A stretch of DNA of 64,000 nt from Lachnospira sp. Lineage in GTDB: Bacteria; Bacillota; Clostridia; Lachnospirales; Lachnospiraceae. Made by a program: the position numbers and the translations under genes. Location: contig JBJEMF010000132.1 in NCBI GenBank assembly GCA_051879535.1, forward strand, positions 5,078 through 69,077. Direction: 5' to 3'. Under the pieces are notes generated by a model. It was not told the DNA's origin. It saw nothing but the letters and a program-made list of their open reading frames with translations, and made no database searches. Of this stretch, positions 9,407 through 18,866 are shown in pieces (position 1 is the stretch's first letter; each line of letters starts with the position of its first letter).

Positions 9407-12400
9407 ATGAAGAAGAAAATGGGCAAGAGAATCGGCGCAGTAGCAATGGCGATTCTCATGGTTGTTGGTATTATGCCGACAGACTGGGCAGTGAAAAAAG
9501 CATCTGCCGCAACAGAAACCAAAGAGTATGTCCTTGAAGCAAAGGATCTTACATCATTTGCAGCAGGGGCTAAAGCAGACGGTGATGAAGAGAAAGCCGG
9601 AACAGACAGCTTCTTTACGCTGGTTTACAGTGCAAAGACAAAAGTTGATAGTTCAACGAAAACATTTGATGATGGATATGAATCATCACAGAGAATTAAT
9701 CTTGGCGGTAAAGCTACAACAGAAAAGAATGCAGTTAAATTTACAACAGAAGGTAAAGCAGCTGTAACAGTATGGTGGGTTGAAGGCGGAGATGATAACC
9801 GTCAGATGGCAATCCTTGGAAGCGATGGCAGCCAGGTGGCAGTAACAGATGTTACACTTGCAAAGAATGCAACATGTATCTCAACATTTCAACTTAATGA
9901 AGCAGGTACATATTATCTTGGTGGTGCAACTAATAACAATTATATTTTTAAGGTAGAAGTTAAGGATGAGGTAGAGGTTGTTCCACAGTACGAGGATGTT
10001 ACATCAACATTTGAAGCATCAACACTTACATCATTTGCAGCAGGGGCTAAAGCAGATGGTGATGAAGAGAATATTGGAACAGATGGTATTTTTACAGTAA
10101 TATACAGTGCAAAGTCAAAAGTTGATAGCTCAACAAAAACATTTGATGACGGATATGAATCATCACAGAGACTTAATCTTGGCGGTAAGGCTACAACAGA
10201 AAAGAATGCAGTTAAGATTACAGCTCCTAGCGCCGGTACAGTAACAGTATGGTGGGTTGAAGGCGGAGATGATAACCGTCAGATGGCAATTCTTGATAAG
10301 GACGGCAATCCGGTAGTAACAACAAGCGAGACACTTGCGAAGAATGCAACATGTATTTCAACATTAAACATTCCTGAGGCAGGTACATACTATCTTGGTG
10401 GTGCAACTAATAATAATTATATCTTTAAGGTAACATTTAAGTATCAGAAGGAAGTTTCAGGTGGAGAAGTAAAGCCTGCAAGAAAAGCTTGGTCAGAGGT
10501 ATCAGCACCTGAGATTACATCATTAGTTCAGAACGAAGGTAACATTGAAGCTACAGCAAATGCAGTAGTAGGATATGACGGAGCAGATAAAGTAACAGTA
10601 TATATGACAGATGCTAAGGGCAATGAGTCAAAGCTTATGTCATCTGCTGAGGGAGATACAGTAAAGAAGATTTTCACTCCTGATGCAACGGGAACTTATT
10701 CATTTAAGGCAGTTATCTCAAGAGATGGCGAGGAAGATAAAGTTAGTGGTGCTAAGACAATAGATTATGTATTACCACTTGCAACTCCTTCAATCTCAAG
10801 TGCAACAAGCAAAGGAAATGGTTCTGTAGCGGTAGTTATCAATCCGGTAGCAGAAGCAACATCTTACAATGTTTATGCTAACGGAGCAAAGGTTGCAACA
10901 ACAACATCTACAGAATGCATGGTTACAGGATTAACAGTAGGAACAAAGTATACATTTACAGTAGAGGCAGTAAGAGCTCTTCCTGTTGCAACATCTTCAC
11001 AGTCAGCAGGCGTTAATGTAACTGTAACAGCAGATGCTCAGCAGACATGGTCTGTATCAAGATACGGCTCATCAGTAGATACTAAGAATAATGGCGTAAT
11101 TGGAAGTGTTAATGATGGTTCAGTAACAATTTATTCAGAAAATGGTAAGGGTAAGGTTGTTCCTGCATCATGTGATGGTCTTACATTCTATTATGCAACA
11201 GTTCCAACAAGCAAATCTTTCTCAATATCAGGTAAGATTCACGTGGACAGCTGGAAGCTCTCTAATGGACAGGAAGGTTTTGGTCTCATGGTATCTGATA
11301 CAGTTGGTATAGATGGAGATGGAACAACACTCTGGAATAACTCAATTCAGGCACTTGCTTCTAAGATTGAGTATTTTTATGATCAGGAAACACAGGCAGT
11401 TACAACAGATACAAGTAAAGACAAGATTTCTATGAAAATGGGTATCGGTATTAACGTTAAGACCGGTGTTACAGCACAGGATGTAGCAGATATAACAGCA
11501 GGTAAGATTGCTGCAGCTCCTACATCAACAGACCCAGCTAAGAAATATTTCTACACAAAGACACTTGAAACTTCAGCAGCAGCTAATGGTGCAGGTACAT
11601 ACAACTGTGTAGGTAACGGTTCAGAAGGTGAAGGTGTTACAGATTTATACTTCTCAATTGAAGAGATTGTTGACAATGGAGAAGTTGGTTACATTGTAAC
11701 TTATATGGATGCAAACAAGACTGTACTTGGTTCAGAGACAGTTATGGGTCAGATGAACTTAATAGACAGCGAGAACAAGTATGTTGGTTTCTTCGCATCA
11801 AGAAATGCAAGAATAACAGTTACAGATGTAAACTTTGAATTAAGAGATTCAGTAAGAGAGGTTATAGTTGAGGATACAGCAGTAGTTCCTAACTATAATA
11901 TAACTTCAGCAGGCAATGCTAACTCAGAAAACTATACACTTACATACAAGTCAGATGTTAACGGAATAGTAGTTATTACAGCAGCAGATGGAACAGTAGT
12001 TGCTGACCAGGCAGTAGTTGCTAACACAACTTACAAGTTCCCAACAACACTTGCACTTGGAACAAACACATTTACAGTAGTTTCTACTCCTGAGGCTGGT
12101 TTCAGACCATCAGCTCATGAAGTATTAACATCATATGAATCAGTAACACAGGAATTTAAAGTAACACTTAACGGATTTGATGGTTCAGTAATTTACGTTG
12201 GACCAAATGCTGACCAGTATGGTATCGGTACAAAGGAAAGTCCTATTGATATCTATTCAGCAGTTAAATATGCAAAGGCAGGACAGAAGATTATAATTCT
12301 TGAAGGAACATATAACTTAGAGTCAACAGTTAAAGTTGCCAGAGGAATTGACGGTACAGCAGAAAATATGATTTATTTAATTGCTGATCCTGATGCAGCA

Positions 12401-13606
12401 ACAAGACCGGTATTTGACTTCGGTAAGAATGATTGCGAAGGTATGGTATTCGGTGGAAATTACTGGTATATCTCAGGTTTTGATGTAACAAATTCAGGTA
12501 ACTCAAAGGACGGTGCTCGTCTTTGCGGTAACTACAATGTAGTTGATAATTGTAACTTCTATCACAATGGAAATACAGGCCTTCAGATTAGTGCATACAA
12601 CAATTCTAACGATGCAAGAGAAGACTGGCCATCATACAACTTAGTTCTTAACTGTACATCATATGGTAATGCTGATAAGGGCTATGAGGATGCAGATGGT
12701 TTCGCTGCTAAGTTAACATGTGGCGATGGAAATGTATTTGACGGATGTATCGCATACAATAACGCTGATGACGGATGGGATCTTTTTGCTAAGATGCAGA
12801 CAGGTTCAATCGGTTCAGTAACAATTAAGAACTCAGTAGCTTACGGTAACGGATACCTTGAAGATGGAACAAATGCCGGAAACGGTAATGGTTTCAAGAT
12901 GGGTGGAGACAGTATGACAGGATATCATAAGCTTATCAACTGCGTAGCATTTGATAACAAGGCTAAGGGTATTGATTCAAACTCTTGTCCTGATATCCAG
13001 GTTGAAAATTGTATTTCATTCAACAATGAATCATATAACGTAGCACTTTACACAAATACAGCAGTTAATACAGATTTCTCTGCAAAGGGAATTGTCTCAT
13101 TCAAGACAAGCAATGATGTTTCAGAGCAGTTCAAGTTTAAGGGAACACAGGATGCCTCTAAGGTATACAATGCGTCAAACTATTTCTGGAATTGCACAGA
13201 AAATGGAACAAATAATGCTAATGGTTTAGTAAAGGCAGATTGGTTTGTATCAATTGATACAAAGATGAATCATGAAACACATGTTTACAGCGACAGAGTT
13301 GTAACAAGAAATGCAGATGGAACGGTTAACATGAATGGCTTACTCCAGCTTACAGCGGCTAAGGAAACTGAACTTGGTTTCCATTCAGGAATCGGTGCAG
13401 GTCAGGCATCACATAAATTGGGCGAAGTTCTTTCAGACAGCGATGTTGTAACATCAGGTCTTACTATTAAGCCTAAGAAGCCATCAGTTGCTTCAGATCA
13501 GGTTAATACAGGCGATGTTTCTAATGTATTTATTCTGTTAATCATGATGTTCGCAGCACTTGGCTGTGGAGTGTGCGTATTCGATAAGAAAAGAAAAAAC
13601 GCATAA
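9407..13606 (+). CDS. Cell-wall-anchored multimodular pectate lyase (PL9, PelL/PelX-like) with tandem N-terminal beta-sandwich repeats and FN3
   Basis: Signal peptide; PL9 beta-helix motifs DADGFAAKL, YNNADDGWDL, GNGNGFKMGG; FN3-like GLTVGTKYTFTVEAV; C-terminal VNTGD + TM + KKRK. Confidence 0.88.
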   Translation: MKKKMGKRIGAVAMAILMVVGIMPTDWAVKKASAATETKEYVLEAKDLTSFAAGAKADGDEEKAGTDSFFTLVYSAKTKVDSSTKTFDDGYESSQRINLGGKATTEKNAVKFTTEGKAAVTVWWVEGGDDNRQMAILGSDGSQVAVTDVTLAKNATCISTFQLNEAGTYYLGGATNNNYIFKVEVKDEVEVVPQYEDVTSTFEASTLTSFAAGAKADGDEENIGTDGIFTVIYSAKSKVDSSTKTFDDGYESSQRLNLGGKATTEKNAVKITAPSAGTVTVWWVEGGDDNRQMAILDKDGNPVVTTSETLAKNATCISTLNIPEAGTYYLGGATNNNYIFKVTFKYQKEVSGGEVKPARKAWSEVSAPEITSLVQNEGNIEATANAVVGYDGADKVTVYMTDAKGNESKLMSSAEGDTVKKIFTPDATGTYSFKAVISRDGEEDKVSGAKTIDYVLPLATPSISSATSKGNGSVAVVINPVAEATSYNVYANGAKVATTTSTECMVTGLTVGTKYTFTVEAVRALPVATSSQSAGVNVTVTADAQQTWSVSRYGSSVDTKNNGVIGSVNDGSVTIYSENGKGKVVPASCDGLTFYYATVPTSKSFSISGKIHVDSWKLSNGQEGFGLMVSDTVGIDGDGTTLWNNSIQALASKIEYFYDQETQAVTTDTSKDKISMKMGIGINVKTGVTAQDVADITAGKIAAAPTSTDPAKKYFYTKTLETSAAANGAGTYNCVGNGSEGEGVTDLYFSIEEIVDNGEVGYIVTYMDANKTVLGSETVMGQMNLIDSENKYVGFFASRNARITVTDVNFELRDSVREVIVEDTAVVPNYNITSAGNANSENYTLTYKSDVNGIVVITAADGTVVADQAVVANTTYKFPTTLALGTNTFTVVSTPEAGFRPSAHEVLTSYESVTQEFKVTLNGFDGSVIYVGPNADQYGIGTKESPIDIYSAVKYAKAGQKIIILEGTYNLESTVKVARGIDGTAENMIYLIADPDAATRPVFDFGKNDCEGMVFGGNYWYISGFDVTNSGNSKDGARLCGNYNVVDNCNFYHNGNTGLQISAYNNSNDAREDWPSYNLVLNCTSYGNADKGYEDADGFAAKLTCGDGNVFDGCIAYNNADDGWDLFAKMQTGSIGSVTIKNSVAYGNGYLEDGTNAGNGNGFKMGGDSMTGYHKLINCVAFDNKAKGIDSNSCPDIQVENCISFNNESYNVALYTNTAVNTDFSAKGIVSFKTSNDVSEQFKFKGTQDASKVYNASNYFWNCTENGTNNANGLVKADWFVSIDTKMNHETHVYSDRVVTRNADGTVNMNGLLQLTAAKETELGFHSGIGAGQASHKLGEVLSDSDVVTSGLTIKPKKPSVASDQVNTGDVSNVFILLIMMFAALGCGVCVFDKKRKNA
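9548..10432 (+). repeat. Intragenic tandem duplication (period 477 bp = 159 aa)
   Basis: 9548-9955 and 10025-10432 are highly similar at DNA and protein level (LTSFAAGAKADGDEE...VWWVEGGDDNRQMAIL...GTYYLGGATNNNYIFKV). Confidence 0.92.
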
Positions 13607-13638
13607 TAACATTTTATTTCAATAATATATGAATTAGG

Positions 13639-13671
13639 AAAGTTCCCTGCCGAAAGGTGGGGAGCTTTTTT
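13639..13671 (+). terminator. Terminator after the pectate lyase
   Basis: aagttccctgcc-GAAA-ggtggggagctt followed by a T run. Confidence 0.85.
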
Positions 13672-13685
13672 GCTTAATGGGGTCG

Positions 13686-13912
13686 GGGTGTCAAAAGCCC
13701 ATTATAATTTTATGCCCTGGCAAATTGCACAGAAAAAGATTGTTTGCATTCCATTGTGCTAACCGTTTCGATGAGCCTCTTAGGGCAAAAATTGTGTTCA
13801 GCAAAGGCTTCCACAATTTTTAGAGTCTCATCTCCACAGCACAAAAGTCATTTAAACAATCTTTTTTGTGCAATTCGCTATTCAAGTTTTTCATAATGGG
13901 TTTTTGACACCC
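13686..13912. repeat. 227-bp nested foldback (MITE-like) element
   Basis: Terminal IRs gggtgtcaaaagcccattat / ataatgggtttttgacaccc. Inner arms 13723-13745 / 13854-13875, gatgag.ctct/agagtctcatc and aaaaattgtg/cacaattttt. Confidence 0.75.
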
Positions 13913-14082
13913 TAAACTTAGAATGAAAGATGGTGAAAGAAAACCTGCCGGGTGGGTAGTGACAGCTTAAAATAGAGCAAAAGTACTATATACATCACCT
14001 TAAAGTTACAAAGTTATTTTTAACATACCTATTTACGGTACCAGAAAAATCCCTCTAAAAATTAATGTTTGGTAATGCACAA

Positions 14083-14306
14083 ATAGTACCATAGCACTAT
14101 AAATGTTGGATATGTCAAAATAACCAATAAAAAGCGGGGTTTTTTAGTTAATTTTTCACAATGGCTTGTGTTGACCAAAAAACCTTGGCTTGTATATAAT
14201 GACCAACGTCAAGAGAAATAAAGAACAGGATTGTAACAAATCGCAATAAAATCCTGTTGTTTAACTTGATGTTTTAGGGAGTTTATTGATTATTAAATTG
14301 GGAGGA
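14083..14306 (+). promoter_or_regulatory. Pectin-gene promoter/leader, copy 2
   Basis: ATAGT-N8-ACTAT (14083-14100), TTGACC-N18-TATAAT (14171-14200), hairpin 14224-14258 and the identical 30-nt RBS block 14277-14306. Confidence 0.85.
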
Positions 14307-14313
14307 TTTTACA

Positions 14314-17300
14314 ATGAGTAAAAACAGACGCATTAAAAAAGCTATGGTAGTTGCTACAACTACAGCAATGATTGCAAGTATGGCACCGGTTGCTGCATTT
14401 ACAGGAATTTTCAATCCGGTTCAGATTGTTATGGCTGAGGAAGCAGAGCAGTCAACAGTAAAAACAACAATATGGAATTCTGCTGAAATTGGAACACACG
14501 AGACAAAAGGAACAGCTAATTTTGAAAACGGCGCATTGACTATAACAGGAGCCGGAACAATCTTTGATAAAGATTATGGTAATGACAACTATTACTATTC
14601 ATATGCAGACGTAAAGGGTAAGACAACTGTGGTTGCAAAGATTACACCTGATGAAAATAATTCATCAGGTATGGTTGGTCTTATTGCCAGAAATGATGCA
14701 GAAGATCCAACAAGTCAGGCCGCAGGTATCTACTATGATTATTCTAAGAAACAGATTAGAATTGGAAGACATGGTGGTGCCGGTACAATTGCAAGCGGTG
14801 TAGATTCACCTGTTTATGTTAAGCTCGAATTTGAAACAAATGCAGTATATTATACTGTTGCTAAAGATGCAGAATTTACAGATATAATTAAGGCAAGAAA
14901 TGGTATGGGAGTTTCTGATTTTGATCCAAAGACAGTAGGTTTCTTTGCAACAGATGGAAATAAAGTGACATTTTCAGATATTAATATAACATCAACATAT
15001 ACAACAGATTCTGCAGAATCTGTCAGCAAGGTTGTATTTGACTCAACAAAGGGAGAATTAACACCTTCATATTCAACAAGTGCTTCTTATTCAGGAAGTT
15101 ATGATGCAGGTAATTCACTGACAACTACAGCAGATGGAAATACATTAAAGGTAACTCAGACAAGATCTGCTACTGTTAAGGGAAATATCCGTGAGGACAA
15201 AGGTGTGGATTATCTTTTGTTCCCTGCTACTTCTGAGGATATGACAATAAAAGCAGATGTTACTATTAACACTGTTGATTCAGGTACAGACAAGCAGGGT
15301 ATTGCAATGGGACAGTTTGTTGCAAATGAGGGAAGCGCAACAGCAGTGGATGTTCTTCACTTCCAGAAGAATAAGGTGTTCCAGCATACATACAGCACTG
15401 CATTAGGAAAAGGTGGATGTGGAGATCCTAAGACTTCAACAGTAGAGCTTGGAAAGACATATTCATTGACATATACAAAGTCAGGTAATAAAGCTGATTA
15501 CAAGGTTGTTGCAGCTGATGGAACAGTATTACTTGACAGTGCAAGTGCAGGAACAACAGTTGATCTTTCAGCAGAGACATATTACTCAGGTCTTCAGTCA
15601 GGAAACACAGTACAATATGGTTTTGCCTTTACAGGAATTTCTGTTGACTTATCAAATGTTCAGTTATTAAATGCAGCCGGACAGGTTGTATATGATATGA
15701 ACGATTACTATATTGCAGTGGGAGTTGCTCCTACAATAAGCAATGCTGTAGCTAAGGTTGCAGATGATAGAAACAGCATTGATTTAACATGGGATGTTAC
15801 AGAAGAAGGTTCAGGCAATGTTAAGTATTCAGTTTTCGTTTCAAAGGATGGAGGAGAATTTACAAAGGTAAGTGATTCTAAGGTTAATTCATTCTCATTT
15901 GCTGCTATGTCAGGAGATGGCAGCTATGCATTTAAGATTATTCCTTATGGCGGAGAAACAGCAGGAACTGAAATTCTCACATCAGAGGTTTCATATCAGG
16001 CACCTCTTTCTCAGACAAAGCTTTCAGCAGATGGTTCATCTACAGAGGTTTCATTATCATGGGAAGCTGTAGAGGGAGCAACAAGCTATGATGTTTATAA
16101 GGCACTTGGTTCTAACGGAACAATGGGTGTTGTTGTTAATACAGCTTCAACATCATACGTTGATAAAGACGTTAAGGCAGAAGAGCCATACTACTATTAC
16201 ATAGTTGCTAAGAACGACAATAATACAAGTAATCCTTCAAAGACAATGCAGGTACTTACATCTGACGGACATACAGGTGCTTATGTATATGAAAATGCTG
16301 CAACAAAGGTTACAGTAGTATCTAAGTCTAACGATACAGTATTTACTGATAATGCAAGCGTTACATTAAAGGCAGATGAAGCTGTTTCAGCTAAACTGGT
16401 AGTTAACGGTAATGCAGTAGCAACTAAATCAGTATCAAAAGATGAAGAATTTACATTTGATATGAGCCTTACTCAGGGAAGAAATGATGTTGAAGTTCTT
16501 TTGACAGATGCAGAGGGTAACACAACAAGAAAGGTATTCAACTTCGTAAGCAATCCTAAGTATGATATTGTTGTTGATGCTTCTTACACAGGAGAGGACG
16601 GAGCAGTTGTTAACGGATTTTCAACATATAAGACAGTAGAAGCAGCTGTTAATTCAGTTCCAGCTGACAATGCAGAGTCTAAGGTTATCTTTATAAAGAA
16701 TGGTGAATATAACGAGAGAGTTACAGTTGAATCTCCTAATGTAAGCCTTCTTGGTGAGGATGCAGAGAAGACACATCTTTTCTATTCAGTATGTATAGCT
16801 AATGGAAATGCATCAAGCATGTGGGATCGTAACGCAATGTATGTAGATTCAACAGCAGATGGATTTACAGCAGAAAACTTAACAGTTGAGAACTCATACA
16901 ACTACACCAACGGAAGTGATCAGCAGGCAGATGCACTTTGTATCGTAGCTGATAAGACAGCTTGTGTAAATGTAAGACTTATAGGATATCAGGATACTCT
17001 TCTTACAGATTCAAGAGTTAAGGGTACGGATGGTAATTATGAAGTAACAAGACAGTACTTTGACAAATGTTATATTACAGGTAACGTAGACTTTATCTAT
17101 GGTGCAGGTACATCAGTGTTTACAGATTGTGACATTGTTGCAAGATATACAAGCTACAAGACAGACGGATGCTATACAGCAGGTAGAACTTATGGTTATG
17201 TACCATACGGTTATGTATTTGATAATTGTAGATTCCTTGCAGAAGATGGTGTAGCAGACGGAGCATACAGAATGGCTCGTCCATGGGGAGCTGATGATTC

Positions 17301-17982
17301 AACTACATTTATTAACTGCTATCTTGGTAGAGCAATTAATGTTACAGAAGGCAGCAGCTATGGCGATATGAGCGGAAACCTTGCAGCTAATGCAAGATTT
17401 GCTGAGTATGGTTCATATGGTCCTGGATATGCAGAAAATAATACAAGACCATTACTTACATCATCACAGGCAGCTACATATAATATGAATACAATATTTG
17501 GTGATTTTGATGTTGAAAAGACTGTAGAAAGTCTCTATAAGTCAGAGACAAAGCCATCAGATGGTGAGACAACAAAGCCAACAGAGGGTGAGACAACAAA
17601 GCCAACAGAGGGCGAGACAACAAAGCCAACTGAGAGCGAGACAACAAAGCCAACAGAGAGCGAGACAACAAAGCCAACTGAGAGTGAGACAACAAAGCCA
17701 ACTGAGAGTGAGACAACAAAGCCAACTGAAAGCGAGTCAACAAAACCTTCAGGAGAAGTTGGTGCAGATACAGATGATGTAAAGAATACAACTGTTGCAG
17801 AGCCAACAACAGCTGCAGATTCAACAGCTTCTTCAGAACAGTCTAAGAGCGGTGAAGTTGCAGCAGATACAACAAAGACAGCTGATGCCGGAAAGTTAGG
17901 ATTATTTGCAGCACTTGCAGCATTAGCAGGCGGAGCTTTAGCTGTGATTACAGGTAAGAAAAAAGAGGAAGAAGAGAATTAA
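14314..17982 (+). CDS. Cell-wall-anchored multimodular pectin methylesterase (CE8) with FN3 and N-terminal beta-rich domains
   Basis: Signal peptide; CE8 motifs YKTVEAAV, FIKNGEYNERV, QQADAL, GYQDTL, ITGNVDFIYG, MARPW; C-terminal repeats, TKTAD + TM + KKK. Confidence 0.9.
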   Translation: MSKNRRIKKAMVVATTTAMIASMAPVAAFTGIFNPVQIVMAEEAEQSTVKTTIWNSAEIGTHETKGTANFENGALTITGAGTIFDKDYGNDNYYYSYADVKGKTTVVAKITPDENNSSGMVGLIARNDAEDPTSQAAGIYYDYSKKQIRIGRHGGAGTIASGVDSPVYVKLEFETNAVYYTVAKDAEFTDIIKARNGMGVSDFDPKTVGFFATDGNKVTFSDINITSTYTTDSAESVSKVVFDSTKGELTPSYSTSASYSGSYDAGNSLTTTADGNTLKVTQTRSATVKGNIREDKGVDYLLFPATSEDMTIKADVTINTVDSGTDKQGIAMGQFVANEGSATAVDVLHFQKNKVFQHTYSTALGKGGCGDPKTSTVELGKTYSLTYTKSGNKADYKVVAADGTVLLDSASAGTTVDLSAETYYSGLQSGNTVQYGFAFTGISVDLSNVQLLNAAGQVVYDMNDYYIAVGVAPTISNAVAKVADDRNSIDLTWDVTEEGSGNVKYSVFVSKDGGEFTKVSDSKVNSFSFAAMSGDGSYAFKIIPYGGETAGTEILTSEVSYQAPLSQTKLSADGSSTEVSLSWEAVEGATSYDVYKALGSNGTMGVVVNTASTSYVDKDVKAEEPYYYYIVAKNDNNTSNPSKTMQVLTSDGHTGAYVYENAATKVTVVSKSNDTVFTDNASVTLKADEAVSAKLVVNGNAVATKSVSKDEEFTFDMSLTQGRNDVEVLLTDAEGNTTRKVFNFVSNPKYDIVVDASYTGEDGAVVNGFSTYKTVEAAVNSVPADNAESKVIFIKNGEYNERVTVESPNVSLLGEDAEKTHLFYSVCIANGNASSMWDRNAMYVDSTADGFTAENLTVENSYNYTNGSDQQADALCIVADKTACVNVRLIGYQDTLLTDSRVKGTDGNYEVTRQYFDKCYITGNVDFIYGAGTSVFTDCDIVARYTSYKTDGCYTAGRTYGYVPYGYVFDNCRFLAEDGVADGAYRMARPWGADDSTTFINCYLGRAINVTEGSSYGDMSGNLAANARFAEYGSYGPGYAENNTRPLLTSSQAATYNMNTIFGDFDVEKTVESLYKSETKPSDGETTKPTEGETTKPTEGETTKPTESETTKPTESETTKPTESETTKPTESETTKPTESESTKPSGEVGADTDDVKNTTVAEPTTAADSTASSEQSKSGEVAADTTKTADAGKLGLFAALAALAGGALAVITGKKKEEEEN
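17566..17757 (+). repeat. 24-bp tandem repeat encoding (ETTKPTE[G/S])x7 plus one degenerate copy; cell-wall spacer
   Basis: Unit gagacaacaaagccaac[at]ga[ga][ga]g[ct] is visible directly in the DNA and protein. Confidence 0.95.
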
Positions 17983-18006
17983 ATAAAACTAATGAGAGTT
18001 GCTTAG

Positions 18007-18168
18007 TCAGGGATCTGCGGAACGTGGGTCCTTGATGAAAAAGCTGGAAGCATGATATTGCGAATCATGTTTTACATACAATCGGATTAGGTTTCCCGAT
18101 AAGTAAACTCCAGAAAAACACGAGACCCTGCCGGAGAGAAGTTTTCCCCGGCAGGATTTTGTTTTTTT
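18007..18168 (+). ncRNA. Putative structured RNA / attenuator-like trailer ending in an intrinsic terminator
   Basis: GU-rich hairpin 18007-18035; ctgga/tccag helix enclosing two hairpins; terminator cctgccgg/ccggcagg (18127-18155) plus T run. Confidence 0.4.
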
Positions 18169-18248
18169 AAGTTTCTTAAATTCTTTGCAGTAAAATGCAA
18201 GAAGTGATAACATATAAACATTATCGGAAATCAGAATGGAGAGATGAT

Positions 18249-18809
18249 ATGTATATAATTGTTGGATTGGGAAATCCGGGAAAAGAATATTGCGGAACAA
18301 GACATAATGCGGGATTTTCATGCATTGACCACATTGCGGATAAATATAATATAAGTGTAGACTCATCAAAGCATAAAGGACTGATTGGGAAGGGTATAAT
18401 TGCCGGAAATAAGGTTATTCTGGTTAAACCTATGACCTATATGAATAATTCAGGAGAGTGTGTAAGAGAGGTTATGGATTACTATAAGGCTGATATTGAG
18501 GATCTTATAGTAATATTTGATGATATAAGCCTTGCACCGGGAAAATTAAGACTTCGTCCGAAGGGAAGTGCAGGTGGACACAATGGTATCAAGAGCATAA
18601 TATCACATATCGGAAGTGAGAATTTTAAGAGAATAAAGTATGGCGTAGGAGATAAACCTAAAGGATGGGATCTTGCAGACTGGGTGCTGGGAAGGTTTCC
18701 GTCGGAGGAATTTCCGGTCTTAAGAGAAGCCAATGATAAGGTTTGTGAAGCTGTTGAATGTATAATAACAGAGGGAATTGAAAGTGGTATGAACAGGTTC
18801 AACGGGTGA
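18249..18809 (+). CDS. pth: Peptidyl-tRNA hydrolase
   Basis: IVGLGNPG, TRHNAGF, KPMTYMNNSG, GSAGGHNG. ATG at 18249. Confidence 0.96.
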   Translation: MYIIVGLGNPGKEYCGTRHNAGFSCIDHIADKYNISVDSSKHKGLIGKGIIAGNKVILVKPMTYMNNSGECVREVMDYYKADIEDLIVIFDDISLAPGKLRLRPKGSAGGHNGIKSIISHIGSENFKRIKYGVGDKPKGWDLADWVLGRFPSEEFPVLREANDKVCEAVECIITEGIESGMNRFNG

Positions 18810-18866
18810 TTGGTAACAAAGATATAAATAAACTAAATTTTTTATTTGATATAACAGGGGTGTTTT

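Noticed and set aside
17474-17824. Alternative-frame ORFs with RQQSQ / LALLS repeats
   Set aside because: Shadows of the 24-bp ETTKPTES tandem repeat.
18028-18123. Hammerhead ribozyme or yybP-ykoY riboswitch (ttgatga...gaaa; cgagacc)
   Set aside because: No stem I or exact CUGAUGA core, and no 5' GGGGAGUA; only the generic structure was kept as a finding.
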